This document shows positions 40,761 to 53,930 of a DNA stretch of 64,000 bases, in pieces (position 1 is the first letter of the stretch; each line of letters begins with the position of its first letter). Source of the DNA: Ophelia neglecta (lineage: Eukaryota); assembly GCA_965285935.1 (NCBI GenBank), contig OZ260662.1, positions 34,968,001 through 35,032,000 on the forward strand, given 5' to 3'. Both the position numbers and the translations under genes were made by a program. Below the pieces are notes generated by a model, which worked only from the letters and a program-made list of their open reading frames with translations, made no database searches and was not told the DNA's origin.

Positions 40761-41050
40761 CAACGGAGCTAACTGCAGCGAGAGAAGGGCGACTTGAAAA
40801 TGGCGAAATAATCATTAAGGGTACTTTGATATGTAATACCTCGTTCCTTTGGGAAGAACTGGGGAAGCAGATGGTCTTGCGCGTGTACCTGTCTCCCCAT
40901 ATAGCACTTCAAAGGCCTGGTTTGTGTCTTGAGGCGGTCGGTCTTGTATGCTTGCCTCTGCCAAAGCCTTGGGAAACAGCTTTGCTCGGACCCGCACTCG
41001 GCTCAGGAATTTACCTAGTGGCGAATACACCTACTATTTAATGTCCCCGA
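40761..41050 (+). pseudogene. Decayed Ig I/V-type exon
   Basis: Phase-1 acceptor ..ggttatag|ca. One frame reads AREG..GTLICNTSFLWEE..GSGIYLVANT. Confidence 0.5.
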
Positions 41051-43334
41051 AACTGCTGCACGGCAAATATTTTGTATATATTAACAAATGTAAAGCACGT
41101 CTGCTTGTGTCGAACACCGTAGGGAATTTTCCTTTGAACCAGGAATTTTAAGACTGTGCAATGGTCAGAACAATAATACTGCCTTGAGCACTATCTTTAT
41201 TCTTCTGGAGCATTTGATATCGCATAAAAGACTCATGTTCTTGAACAATGTTTATGTTTCATCGGATTGTGGAAGTAACAGTATTTGAACACTGCTAATA
41301 AAGCACCGTATTGTTCGGTGTGTGTTCCTTGTTGAATTTAACTGAACTGTTACATTACTCAGCAATCGCCTTTTCTGTCCCACACAATACTCATTGCATG
41401 TCAATACAGCTTACCTAGATATGCTAGATATGCATTCAAAGCAATTCAACTGAGTAATATTTTAATCTATAGAACGACCAGTAGATTCCTTGTCAATGTT
41501 CCAGAAGCTTGCTAATTATATGTGGTGAACGAATTTGTGTTTAGGAATGGAGTTGGAATCTAGGAAGTTAAGTTTCCGAGAGTTCTGGGCATCAGGCGGT
41601 TAAGCCACAGCCATCTAATGAACTGCCAGCCAACTGATGTGAGATGGAAAAGGTGCGTGACAAAAATGAAGATTGGGAGGGAGAAGGGGAAATTAACATG
41701 CTCCGTATTTATCGTTCATGTCAATCAAGCCTTTGAGGGCTACGTCTATCTCTAATGGGTAAAGAGAGGCTAAGTCCTGCCAATTAAACAAGGTTAGAGG
41801 CTAGAAGGGGTCCGAGTTAGGTCATCCTGTTATGTGGCACAATGTGTTTAATCAAGGTACTTCGAACAGGGCCGGGGTTCGAGCCTGTGGGGTGTTGTTG
41901 ACGAGATACGGACGAGGGAACAGTCTCTTCCATCCCCGCTGCTTTCAATAATATCATCAATGGCATAAAGAACCTCTTGAAAACTGCATTAAAATACCCG
42001 ATTGTTTCTGTTTTTGGAAAGACCGTCATTTATGAAAAGGTTACATCATAACTAGCATTGTTTAGACTTTTATCCCGTGCCAAGTCCCAAACACCGGCAT
42101 GAAGTAGTCTTTTATCGTTGCACAGTCCTTCTTCGCAGAAAATGAAGATATGTGAATAGGTATTGTCGTCTGTTGTAAACAGAATCGCCCGTCTTCTGGT
42201 AGATTGAACATTGTTTGACCTCTCGATGGCATAATGGACATTTAATGGATCAAGGGGTATTTTGGCGGACTACTTGTTAAGCGCCATTACAAAAACGTTG
42301 AGATTGAAATTTACATAATATGATATGGAAATAAGAATCAACTTTGGCCTATAACAATCTATAGAATGGCATACTAAAAACAGGGACTGAAAAATTTCCA
42401 CGAGGCCAATTAGGGAATAATAAGCATGTCAAAGAAATCCTAAATCTGTTGATATTGTTCTTCGTTGAGCGGCATTATCTGCTTATGGTTTCCCAGACTT
42501 TTATTTCAGACTGAAATATATCAGAATGGTGACATCGAACGCCAATTATGGTTCGGGACACTTTTAACGAAGGAAGTTCCGGACTCGGGGCGCATTTCAA
42601 AGGCCTCGTCGGCACTTTGTCGCTGCTGGCAGCATTGAAAACATTGCTTTGATTCTAACGAGGGGAAACACGTGTAAGACGCCGAGGAAATGGAGCCCTG
42701 CAAAATGAGCGCCAACATGTCAGCGACTACCTAGTCGTTTATCAAAGTCGACAGGATGGAGATCCTTTGATGGACTCGAATAAAGAGAGATCATTTTCAC
42801 ATATTTCTTGGCAGGAAAAGATTCTGGGTGGGGCAGGAAAACTTCATAAGTTTTGCCAAGTCCATTTTGTCTCTATGACCGAGGCCAGCCATAAAAACTT
42901 ATCTCGTTAATCGGAATGCAATATTGGTGCCTGAGAGTGGCCATTTTGGCCAATGGCTATTTAATATTGGAAGAAACTGGGCTAATTTAGTAGTATCAAA
43001 CACCTATAAATTAGGACACATTGTCGTCACTTATCAGTAATCACCTCATTCCTGCTAGTATTCAAAATAACATAGACGCATCAATAACCAACCGACTTAG
43101 CGCCGGATTGACTTCATCTACCAAAAGATTATATATAGTTTTATAGTTTTCTTATGTTTTACCCCACACACCGTTTTATTGCGGCATTAAACCGGTTAAA
43201 TAGACGGCTAATTATTTCATACAGACACACACTTGTCTCGATACTACATGATGAAGACTAACGTGCTGACTAACGTCAGCAAATACGCTGCCGGCTAAAT
43301 GTTAACAAAAGGAGTTTCACTCAATGACTTCCAG

Positions 43335-43710
43335 GTATGAAGTCTTTTAGATGCAAATAAAGTCATATGGAGGAGAACATAAACAGTTTTTCCTGACATT
43401 AAAGGTTGGAATTCCTTGGGTGAAGATTTTATGCTGCCTCTTGCCTTATGTCAATGATATTTTATAGTGTTTGGTTCATATGGAGAAGGCAAGTGATGGC
43501 CTGGTTCATAACGAGTCTGCGATATATCAATAATGTGTCAACATAGCTCACATAGTAATATAGGTGGACAGATACTTTGGGTCTACTAATGGCACCAAGC
43601 AATAAGAGTCAACATTGTTGACCCTTAATACAACATCACTGTGCCATCACTATACTGAAAACATTGCAGTTGTGTATTGAGTTCATACAACTGTGTCAAA
43701 AGGCGGGTAA
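43335..43710 (+). pseudogene. Decayed Ig exon
   Basis: Acceptor cttccag|gt, then FRCK / VIWRR and NESAIYQ*C. Confidence 0.35.
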
Positions 43711-45889
43711 AGTGAATAATATTTATGAACTATACAGTTATGTTATCCAAGCTCTCAACTCTTTATTTGGTTACTGCCTCCTTAGATACATATACGTACT
43801 GACCTCTGTAGTTTCATGTGTATAAAGCTTCCATAAAGGTTTTTGGACAATAAGTCAGTAATAACTTATAAGAAGAGAAGATGCACATATTTTCTCATAT
43901 ATATAGCCTATTATAAACTAGAACTATTGATTAATTCATATTCAGCAATATTTAAGAGAGTCTAGATTTTAACTATCTATTTTTATGTAGGAGATATATA
44001 AGCCTGCACCATTCTGTAACTTAACAACGTATCGCTGCCAGGATGCCAAAGTACTTGCCTAATTTGATAAATTGGCTGTTGACTAACCCCCCATCGATAG
44101 CAAGGCTGTTATATTTTATACCATATGTCATCATTTGTGCCCCACGGACCTTTTCTAATTTGTCCCCGTTGCCCGGAGTAACGCCTTATCGTGGGATAGG
44201 ATTTATAATTTTTGATCAGGCGTTGATTTTCATTCTGTTGGATTACAGAAAGCGGCCAGTTTAACATAATAATATTTGGCGGATCTGACAGCGTATCGCC
44301 ACTGTCGTCTGCTACTGTCAATTGATATTAAATAGTACCAGTGGCTCAGTCACCTCCTGTATACAGACATAGGCCTGTCCTCGAAGATGAATCTGCCGCT
44401 ATTCTTATCTCCTTTAGTTCTGTAGAGCCACTCCGCCTTTGGAAAGGGATTGTATCGACCGACCAGGCCAGAATTCCCATTGAGAAGCCTCCCAGTGGTT
44501 TTCATCCCAACTATTTGCTATCTCCATAGGTCCACCGATACTGTTAGACTCGAAGCAATTACAGTCTATCGGTGCGATAATCACATCTTAAATGTGACGG
44601 AGAAATTCAATTTCAGATAATGATTCCATTCCTGCCTGGACAATTACCAATCCCGATGCCTATTGTTTTCTCCCTGATTTCATTCTTCACATGTGGTCTG
44701 CTGCGGAGGGCTGTGGTTAGATTGTGGGAGACTCCGCAAGCTTCGAGCTCTCAGCCATCGAAACCAACAGCTCCGTCCTGGACCGCCCTAATGACATTAA
44801 AACAATGCCTTTCAAGGGGCGAGCTTTTAGGAACCAAAAAGAGCGAATTATATCAAATATCATATTGTTGAAGATATAGCATTTTAACTATTAATAATGT
44901 GTTTGATATATATGCTGTATTTCTTAATATCGATTTTAATATTTCTCCTCCATAATATCCTGTATACTACCATAAACTTTAATATTTAAAAAAGAAGTGG
45001 CAACACAATGAAAATAACTGAGTCTAAAAGGTGGGCCAACCCTTTCAGTGAAAAGCTATTGATTATAATTTTAGAGTTATCGGAAAGGAAACAAGAGAAA
45101 GTATCCTCTGTTCTGTGTGGGTATTGTTTCTTTTCTTCTAGGATAGGGGTTCCTATTTTGTTTTCATAAATTCATACTTTATTTGTGGATATTGACAGAT
45201 TGAAAGAGGGCGACTGGCAAGTACCAGCCTTTGCTTCAAAAGCATCTGCAACGAGTGCAATCATCGAATGCTTCAAACATTAATAGCGAGCACTATCATG
45301 GTGTTTTAAAATTTCATCAAATGAAATTTGCGTTTGGATAACTGTCAGTGTGATGCTGTCACGCTTGGGCGCTTTGGCATGGATTTGTTCAAAAGTAACA
45401 TTTGCTTTTTATAAACATGGTATGAATTTTTAAAAACTCTGCCAATGTCTCATTTGGCATGATGGAATCGGCCCAGCATGAGGCCAGCTCCCTATTCAAT
45501 GGTATTTTCCAATGCTGACAATTAATGAAAGTGGTTTTATGATGGCTAGATCAGACCTCTAAAGTGGTATAATTCAGTTAACTCAACCGAAATACATGAA
45601 GTTCGGACACAATGTAATCGGGAACTTTTGATGTAGATCTAGCTGTTAGTTAACAGGGGAAAAATCGACAATTTGTGCTCGTTCATCAGGCCACTGTATA
45701 CGTTATATGTGTAATTAAACATAGATGGCATGGTATTGCTGTCGTGGGAGTTCATTTAGCCCCTTGCATAGGCGATTCAGCCTTGGTGCTAGGACAGTGG
45801 CAGTGGTGTTCAAATCTTAATTCACCTTTATAATTTTATAAATTCAACATTATATGTTATTATTATATTATAGAGTGACTTAACAAACA

Positions 45890-46200
45890 CAGAACATGTT
45901 TTTGGGGGAAGTGTGATATCTCGTTCCCTTTCTTGCTTAATCTATGCAGCAATAACAGAGGAGCCACCTTTCATTCTGATCCTGGTTATTGAAGGGTAGT
46001 TGCTATCTTTCCTCGGGGTTCATCCTGTGCATGGCTGCCTTTTATGAATCTGAGGGACCTAATCTGGGCACGATATTATCCTTTTGCGATGAAGATAATA
46101 GGATGCGTTTCAACTTCATCAGAGATGATGCCAACGTTGAATACACTCGCACAGGGTTTGGATGGGGATGAGCACATTCAAATTAATCAACAAAGACCGC
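45890..46200 (+). pseudogene. Decayed Ig C2-type domain
   Basis: FNFIRDDANVEYT-R (CGC at the Cys position, 46148-46150). Confidence 0.45.
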
Positions 46201-47039
46201 CTCTTTTGTGATTCCTCACTTATTAGACGGCGATTTCAAAAGCTGTTTTGTCCAAGTGCTATATGCCAGGATGAACAGAGCACTGTGGGATATTAACAAT
46301 ATGTTGTGGGCTCAACCCGCCTTTAATCATGAAATAAGCGAGAGACTCGTGCTTGCCTGACTTCACAGGCCACAACTACCGATATTGGTTTGTTTCATAT
46401 TCCTGATTGAAATAGAAATTAAAAGCAACCCTGTCCATTAAAATAATTATTAAGTGGGCATGGTTGTTTCCCGATCACTGACTTGGAGGAATGTGACACA
46501 CTAAGTTCTCCGTGTCAGTTTAGTTCTACCAGACAAGTGATTATCAGATTCTAAACTGTGACGTCAGATTTCGTCTTTCTAGAGTGTATAAAATAATAAA
46601 GTGATTTGTGTTATTGAAACTAAACGTAATACTGATTCACTAAAATTTGTTATTTTCTTTATTACATTTATAGACTTCAGCCAAGTTAAAATATAAATGG
46701 TTAAACTTGACCAAGTTGAATCGTTTTGTGTTGGCTTCACTGCTCTTCCGGACATGAATTGCGGCATTTCCTAACAGATTGTGTGCCATAATGCCTCCGA
46801 GGGATAAAGCGAGCCTCGAATGATGATGAGTTTGGTTCATTTTGGCTACTTTATTTTGTTAAATATTCATAACCCTCTTATTTACCTTGCCATTGATTAG
46901 TCGGCCGTCCTTTAAGAGGGGTCTACCTGGCATTGATCGCTCCAAAGGGAAGTCCACTGCAATTTCCCACAGACAAAACATTTGAGTCACTTCCAAATCT
47001 CGTTGCGAGTACTAATTCAGCGTGCGTGCCGTGCATGGC

Positions 47040-47330
47040 CGATACGAGCCTATATTCGGCTGTCCTAATATGATTTCTGCCGCAATTGAATGGTTTTCAA
47101 TGGCCTTCTTTATGCCGACTTGAATCTCCGAGTGGCAGACCCATTCCCAAGCCCCTATGCCTTAATGCATTTGCGGCGGCTACCATTGAATTGCTGCCAC
47201 TTCTCAATTGCAATAATCTGCTTTCCTACAGCTGATTTGAATCTGCGCTGTGGATCTTGACATGTCGAGTTGCCACTGAGAAGTACTTTTCAAACCAAAA
47301 AATGCTATCTATGTTTTCTCCCGTCCCATA
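47040..47330 (+). pseudogene. Decayed Ig V-type domain
   Basis: IFGCPNMISAAIEWF/NGLLY..RVADP..PYAL, then LTCRVATEKYFS. Confidence 0.45.
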
Positions 47331-49561
47331 CTTAAGACTACTCTGAAGTTTCTTACATTTTCACTATGAGACTTGTTGGGACTTGAAGCCCTTTCTCTAT
47401 CTTATTTATTAAAGTTCTCGTCCCGAATTAAACCACAGGGTTCTTCCTTTCCATCGTCAACCACAAATGGATCTTTTAATTGGAAATTGTTAGCAGCCGA
47501 TGAAAATCCGATGATTATTCTTGTCAGTGGGAGTTTACTGCAGTAAGAAAAAAGAAATAGACACTAGACTGAAAGATTTTATTTAAAAAAAAGTCCTTTA
47601 TATTCTTTACTGTTAGCTGTCAGTCTGTCATTGTGACCTCGTTTGATGTGAATTACGAGTCCTTAAAATGTGACTGCATTAGTCACTATATCAATGTGCA
47701 TGTGTTTTACCTGGGAAAAGTATGAGAGGTCTCAACCAGAGGCACGAGGGTCAATTTATAGTGGTCAACAAAAGCTGTGTGAGCACAAGTTGGCATGTCA
47801 CTCAAATGGCCAATAAATCGAATATAATGACAACCAAACAAGAAAAAACTCTATGGGGCAGTGCTTGGTTTGACAGCTGACCTATTTGTCTTTGTTTCAG
47901 TTAACCCAGACGACCGTTCTATTTGGAGCGGACCAAGTCGAGTCATTTTCCCGCGCTCTGCTGTGCTGGCGGTTTAATCTTGCCCAGTATGGTCGGCCTC
48001 CCGTCAGCAGACGGTAGGCCATCTCAGACAATTATCTCGACGAACGCGAGAGGTGCTCGGATACCGGGCAACAATTTCCTGTCTCCGACGGAGGGCTTAG
48101 CCGGGCGCCACGCCGACCAATCTCCTCACTTCCGGTCCCCTGCCGTCCCGGCAGGCATCACAGCCCTTCTTTGTGGGAGACGCGGTGACCTGAACTTAGA
48201 GGAGATGCCATATTTGTACTTTATACTCTCACAAACCAATAGTAAAAAGCATTATATTTTAATATGAGGGGAAAACGTACATGATTTCATTGTTTGGTAT
48301 ACATGTCAAAATATTCAAAGAGTTTAAGTCCTCAGAGTTTTCGACCGATGTTTTTTTACGAATTTTTCAAAATGTGAGTGACAAACCTATTACAGATGTC
48401 CAACCATAATGAGGTCATTTCAGCGCGCTAGATGACGTAGGAGCTCGAGGACACGCCCTCTGGTGTCGATGATGTCAATACGAACTGGAGTGGAAGCTCC
48501 ATGTCGTATTATACTGATTATCTCATATTTCCTGAATCAAATTTACATAATGTGATTTCACAAGTAATTTGTGTCATTTCGAGACTTTCAGGCTGGCTGA
48601 GAAGATGGGCTGAAGTGCCCTTCAGGTAGAGGCAAGAAGAGGAGTGACAGATAATTGTCGCGGCATATGGTCGTATCACTCCTCGTGTTAAACCGTTTCC
48701 CTCTCACTTCATTAGGGAGAAGATTGCCCGTCGGCGATAGTCTACACCGCGCTCTTAGTTGTCTCCTTTCTCGGCTAAGAGCCTCCATTCGGCTCCTCGA
48801 TTGTCCCTACAAGCGCCTTCCCAATGCTCGATAATAAAGCAGGCAAAACTTTACATGAATGCTAAATCACACAAGATGCGATTTCATAAATGTAAGGCTT
48901 CATGACGTGTGATATAAAGGATGGTTATAAGGACATTCCTATAAAATCAACTCTGGTATTATAATCAATAATGTTGAGTAATAATACGAGTTGCGACGTA
49001 AAATACAGCAAAAACACAACATAATGATATAGGCCTAGCAAGAATTCTGTTTATATCTCTAATATAAAGTATCATCAGTCTAATCAGATTGTCATGATTT
49101 TCTTTTTTATCGGCTTTTGATATCACCCACTCCCCCTTGTGTTATTCTCCTCTGACGTATGCGTGTTTTAGCTGGCCAATTGATGAAATTATTCCCACGT
49201 CCATTTATTTGTACTAGGGACTTTGACACAAAGTAATTGCATCCTACATTTAACACACGATGAGTATGTGTGTTGTTGGGAGCAGGGTGTTTATTCCAAG
49301 ACCACCCATTTGAGACAAAAGCTGGGATCGACAAGCAGGAATCTTTTTGTCCGTATCGATATCAGATCAGATGTCTGAATGAGCGGAGTTCTTGTTCCTA
49401 TCGGATTCGGTGACACACATTGATTCACGCTCGTGTTACCGTCTTCAAGAGCCAAGAAAACATAACATATGTGTTTGTACCACTAAGCATCACACAATGC
49501 TGTGGAATTCGAGAGTTTCTCTGCATTACTAACGGCGTCTGTATTGACTTAGTTTTTCCAG

Positions 49562-49830
49562 ACAGCGCATGCTCTGTTGATTAAGATACAAACGTCCTCA
49601 TCTCTGTAGTTACCTGGTAGTTTATCAGTGTCTACAGCATGCAGATGATTAAAGCATTTGTGCCAATAATGTAATCTACACTCACGAGAAAATGCGATCC
49701 TATTGGCTTATAGTAATTATGGCAGTAAGGAGGAATCGCAGACGACTTCCTGATTTCTAAATCTAATTTATCTAAGTCTCACAGTCTGCAGCTACCGTAT
49801 GATGCATCGCCCATTGCTTACACTGTTCTT
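49562..49830 (+). pseudogene. Possible decayed Ig exon
   Basis: Phase-1 acceptor gtttttccag|ac, then ACSV..SVVTW*F and ANNVIY. Confidence 0.3.
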
Positions 49831-50359
49831 CATTTGATGTTTGACCTTTGATGCCCCTCCTTAATCAAGACGACAATCGCCCTGTAAGAGTTGGCCTCTC
49901 CTATACATGATAATATGAAGGAATTTGGAGGAAACATCAAGGAGCGTCAATTTGAGATTTTTCACGCCTGCCGGTGAAATTTTTGAGCCGAGCCGCCTAG
50001 GTTGTCACAGGCTCTGGTAGAGAGGACAAAGAACCGCGACAACTTCATGTCAGCGCCAAATTGTTCTCCCCCCTTCTAGTGTGTGCATAGTTTTCGATTT
50101 GCTTGCCAAGCAAACTTACTGTTCAAATACTATTAATCGACTAAACCGGGAGAGCTTCTGCCGAGCCAAGAGCGGGGTAATGTTTGCTTGACACTCACCC
50201 CTTCTCCAAATTTTCATGTATGAGCTGGCAGCAAGTTTCGATGTGAAATGCAAAGTTTGTAATTACATTGGCTTGATCGAAATAAATCAGTTTTATTTCG
50301 GCAAGCTTCGAGCTTCTATCTCTTCTTTTTCAGCTTAGTCGTTCACCCTTCACCCTTCA

Positions 50360-50622
50360 ATATGATACATAGCCCCGCCTTTACTGAACGATCATAAACC
50401 AAGGCAGATAAATTGTCTTAGGCTATACTTGTTGGCCCTAATTAGGAATTGCTTCTTCTGGAAGCCTGTTCTTAGATTAATGTATATTTTTGTGCCTTTC
50501 CTGTGCTCGGTGCCCACAGAGTGCCAGTAGCAGATGTGTGAGCAGACGTCATCATGGTGGTGTCGGGTTACGGTGTGGTTCCTCCGGGGATCCTGGGTAT
50601 ACACAGCTAGCTGAATCAACAA
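50360..50622 (-). pseudogene. Decayed Ig V-type domain
   Basis: VYTQDPRRNHTVT..C..CYWH..QFLIRANKYSLR..GAMYH in one frame with one stop. Confidence 0.45.
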
Positions 50623-51119
50623 GAGGTCAAGATCAGTCGTGTCCCCTCTCCTAATGAGGCAACATTGGGATTCGCCCCAGTTTACCCATCAGATTTGAGT
50701 GCACCTATCATCTTGTCCGTCATCAGAACGAATAAACTACTGTTTTATACAGAATACATAAAACTGTGATATTACCTATGATATGCGTGTGATTGCTTCT
50801 ATCTTATACATACCTATGGTGATTCTGGTTTATTTGACTATATTACTAGAACTGTGTATTTGGAGGGATGTAAAATGAATACTAATAATTAATATGATAT
50901 TTATTTGCCCCCCCCCCCCTCCCCTCGGGAGATATGGGAGACATGTGTGGGGCCATGGCTTGCTTTACTCATCTGGGTACTAATCCTACTTTGTCCTTGT
51001 CCTCAGTCGATCGTCTGCGACGCTGTCGCCGAAATGGCTATAACCAATTAACTAACAGAAATCAATTTGCACAAAAGCTGTGGTTAGGCCTAGAAACTTA
51101 GTTCGAATTAGTAGGTAGA

Positions 51120-51211
51120 CGCTGCTACGTATAGGCCTACTACTCTTGTTCAATAACGCATCTTATTAACATGCTGCTTTAAAAAGTAGTAGGCCTATAG
51201 GCCTAGCAGCG
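51120..51211. repeat. Imperfect inverted repeat (foldback)
   Basis: CGCTGCTA..TATAGGCCTACTACT pairs with AGTAGTAGGCCTATA..TAGCAGCG. Inner stem TGTT(C)AATAA/TTATTAACA. Confidence 0.85.
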
Positions 51212-52109
51212 ATGCAGATATTGCAAGGAATGAAGCAACTATATAAATATTTTAAGGATGAATTGCTCAACTCTTCGGCTGAATCTGGACTATTTTATTT
51301 ATCATAGCAAACAAAAACGAATACCGATATTATTTCCACTTTTGATAGTTTGAATAGGAAAGTGTGTGCTGCGATTCAAAGGTTTTTTTAAATCGACAAG
51401 TTTATTGATCAAGACAAGATTGAAAATTGAGGAAAAGGGCTTGTTCTTTTGAATATAAGCGTGTTAGACTGTATTTTGATTTAAAAGAATATTTAGCCCA
51501 TTTAGAATCTTGACGCTCCATTTACGAAAAACAAGAGAAGCAGCAAAACATATGCTTTTTCTAGATTACGAAACACTTTGATTGTATACTTAAATTTGAC
51601 CTTGATCTGTTCTTAATGGTCAGGGAAATCGCATTTGATGCGATTTAGATAGTTTTAGAACAAACTTTACTTTTTCCTTATTTGATATTTGCATCTTGGC
51701 CAATAGAGGACAGCCAGGTTAGGTCTGGACTTGGGCACTGGGGCGGGAGGGAAGGCGGTAGGGAATGTTGGTGATGATCAAAATATGTATTAATTCTTGT
51801 GGTTTCTATACAGCTTGTTTTGGTATTCGTTGGCGTTGCTATGTAATCTCGGTGATAAGTTTTAATGTACATTCGGCCAAATTGTATCCTTCAGATCCAA
51901 GATCATTCTCATGACTGTGTAATAACCGGCTTTCCCCTGCTCTGCAGACGAAATTCATATCTATGAAGGCGATAAGACTGCATCATTAAACTTTAATGTA
52001 TGAGATTCTGGGACACATTGTGGTCGTTGCAATAAAAGATCGAAAATTGGTGTCAAAAGTCAAAATATTTCGTTGACAATTATTATTATCAAATCCATTT
52101 ACCGTGAAT

Positions 52110-52320
52110 TACATAAAGTGCGGCAGGGGGCGACTTTGACGAGGTCAGACCATCACAAAGACCCCGTGTGGTGGGAACTGACAGCCTACCCAGACGACAG
52201 TTAGAGACAACTTTGAAGTCGGTAACTATCTGCGCAGTTTGCTGGACGAGACTGACAAAGGTATAATTTGACTCCGCATTGATGTCACCGTGCGGAGTGC
52301 CTGATTGACAGGACAAAATT
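52110..52320. promoter_or_regulatory. Candidate enhancer: CTCF-like, Su(H)/CSL, Meis and Pbx-Meis motifs
   Basis: GCGGCAGGGGGCGA (52120), GTGGGAA next to TGACAG (about 52171-52184) and TGATTGACAG (52302-52311). Motif matches only. Confidence 0.3.
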
Positions 52321-52896
52321 GTTCATTTTTCTTCCGAGTGCCTTCCCGTAGGGATAATAACTGTTTGTCAGTATTATCTCGTTTCAGATCACGTGCTTTA
52401 TGAGTTGTGGTTTCGCCGCGAGACCTGAGCGACGCTCGACGTCAGTTAAGGATCGTGAGACTTCGGTGAAAAACATCTGCTTTTCTAACTGATAGGCATC
52501 ACGGAATTAGGGCTTCGGCTTCCATTGTCGCCACACCGATGGCTTTTTACTGATTCCTTAACGACCTGAAAATATTAAGTTACAACATTATGAGCATAAG
52601 GGTAACTAATAGCATTAAAATTGATAGCAAATCCTCTGTTTGCCAGTTTTCCTATGGTAGCTGCAGATGCAAATAGATGCGATAGGCAAAGCAATGCTCG
52701 AGTGAACATATGGTAGATTTTAATACGCCAAACTTTCCCTCTGGCCACACACTTATGCCATTCTTTTACAAATTATCCCCATATTCAATCTAACTGTATG
52801 TTCGGGTTCTGCTCCTATGCTGGTGTCTTTAAATCGAGTCAATCTGCGGCCGACTAAGAGGTCCAACTGACAATACAAACCGTTCCCTCCTCCCTG

Positions 52897-53490
52897 TCAA
52901 CCCCAGACGACATCCTTTCCGACCGCCTCTAGCGGCCCCTTCAGATAGTGACAACCGGAACAAGCACATGGTCTTCCTAGCTTTGTTGGCCTCTTCAGCT
53001 TTTCCTTGTTGTCAAACTGGATAATACAAGTAGCAGTCAGAACAAGAACGGTCTGTTTTTGATAGGTATGACCATTGATATTGGTGAAGGACTCTGTACT
53101 CAGTGCCATCTCGGCCGATGGCAGGACTTAACAAGGTCATTGATTGCCTTTGACCCTGTTCGTCATCAACTTATTACCATTGGTTTCAGGATTTTACAGA
53201 AAATGTATTTAATGTAGCGTAAATATTTAATTGTCAATGAAATCGTGATGCTTTATCTTTCTTAACCATATCTATGAACTCTTTGTGTAAGCGTTAAAAT
53301 TCTGTATAAATGTGCAGGACATATAAATGGATGACCGAACTGTAGGCCCTACCACAAAAATATGAATAACTAATGGTAGATTGATGTTTGTGGTGATTTT
53401 GCATGTCGAAATACAATGAGTTTTAAAACACCCAAGACGTGACACCTGTCTGCTGATCCCTGCCCATCTCGTAGAGAATACAATCATTTC
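52897..53490 (-). pseudogene. Decayed Ig domains
   Basis: STCKI..SSIYMSCTF..*IWLRK, then NINGHTYQ..TATCII. Confidence 0.4.
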
Positions 53491-53759
53491 GCTCGTTTTA
53501 AAACAGGTAATTTGTCCTCCCGTCGCTACAGCCCAGGCTAAACCTCAACTAAGTCACCTACATCGGAGTTTTTGAATTTGAACTATAGCGAAAATCCTCA
53601 TGTACATAAGGTATAGAGGGCGTACATGTACGGAGAATGTGACACGGGTATATCAGTTTGGTGTCAGGGATTTCGCGGGGTTTGCTCTCCTGGCGGTGCT
53701 GGTCTACAGGACACCTGCATCCTATCTCCACCCTGATCCAGCGCCACCATCACCCTGCT

Positions 53760-53930
53760 ACTCTCCAAGGTAGAGAGACTTCAAAGGCAAACTGTCGTGC
53801 TACTTGAGCTCACTGTGGTCAAATGGTGATTAAGGGAAAAGGTTTCGCTTGTAAGCAATACCGGGCAGGTGTGTATAGGTGCTGGTCCGACTAAATATGG
53901 GCTAACTATGACCAGTGTGGTAACACACAC
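53760..53930 (+). pseudogene. Decayed Ig I-type domain
   Basis: NCRAT / TVVKW, an intact AGVYRCW motif at 53865-53885, then KYG. Confidence 0.45.

Noticed and set aside
41866-41890. tRNA/SINE B-box-like GGTTCGAGCC
   Set aside because: No A box, cloverleaf or SINE tail.
53659-53672. Gypsy-type primer-binding-site-like TGGTGTCAG
   Set aside because: No LTR, gag or pol; the downstream sequence reads better as an Ig remnant.
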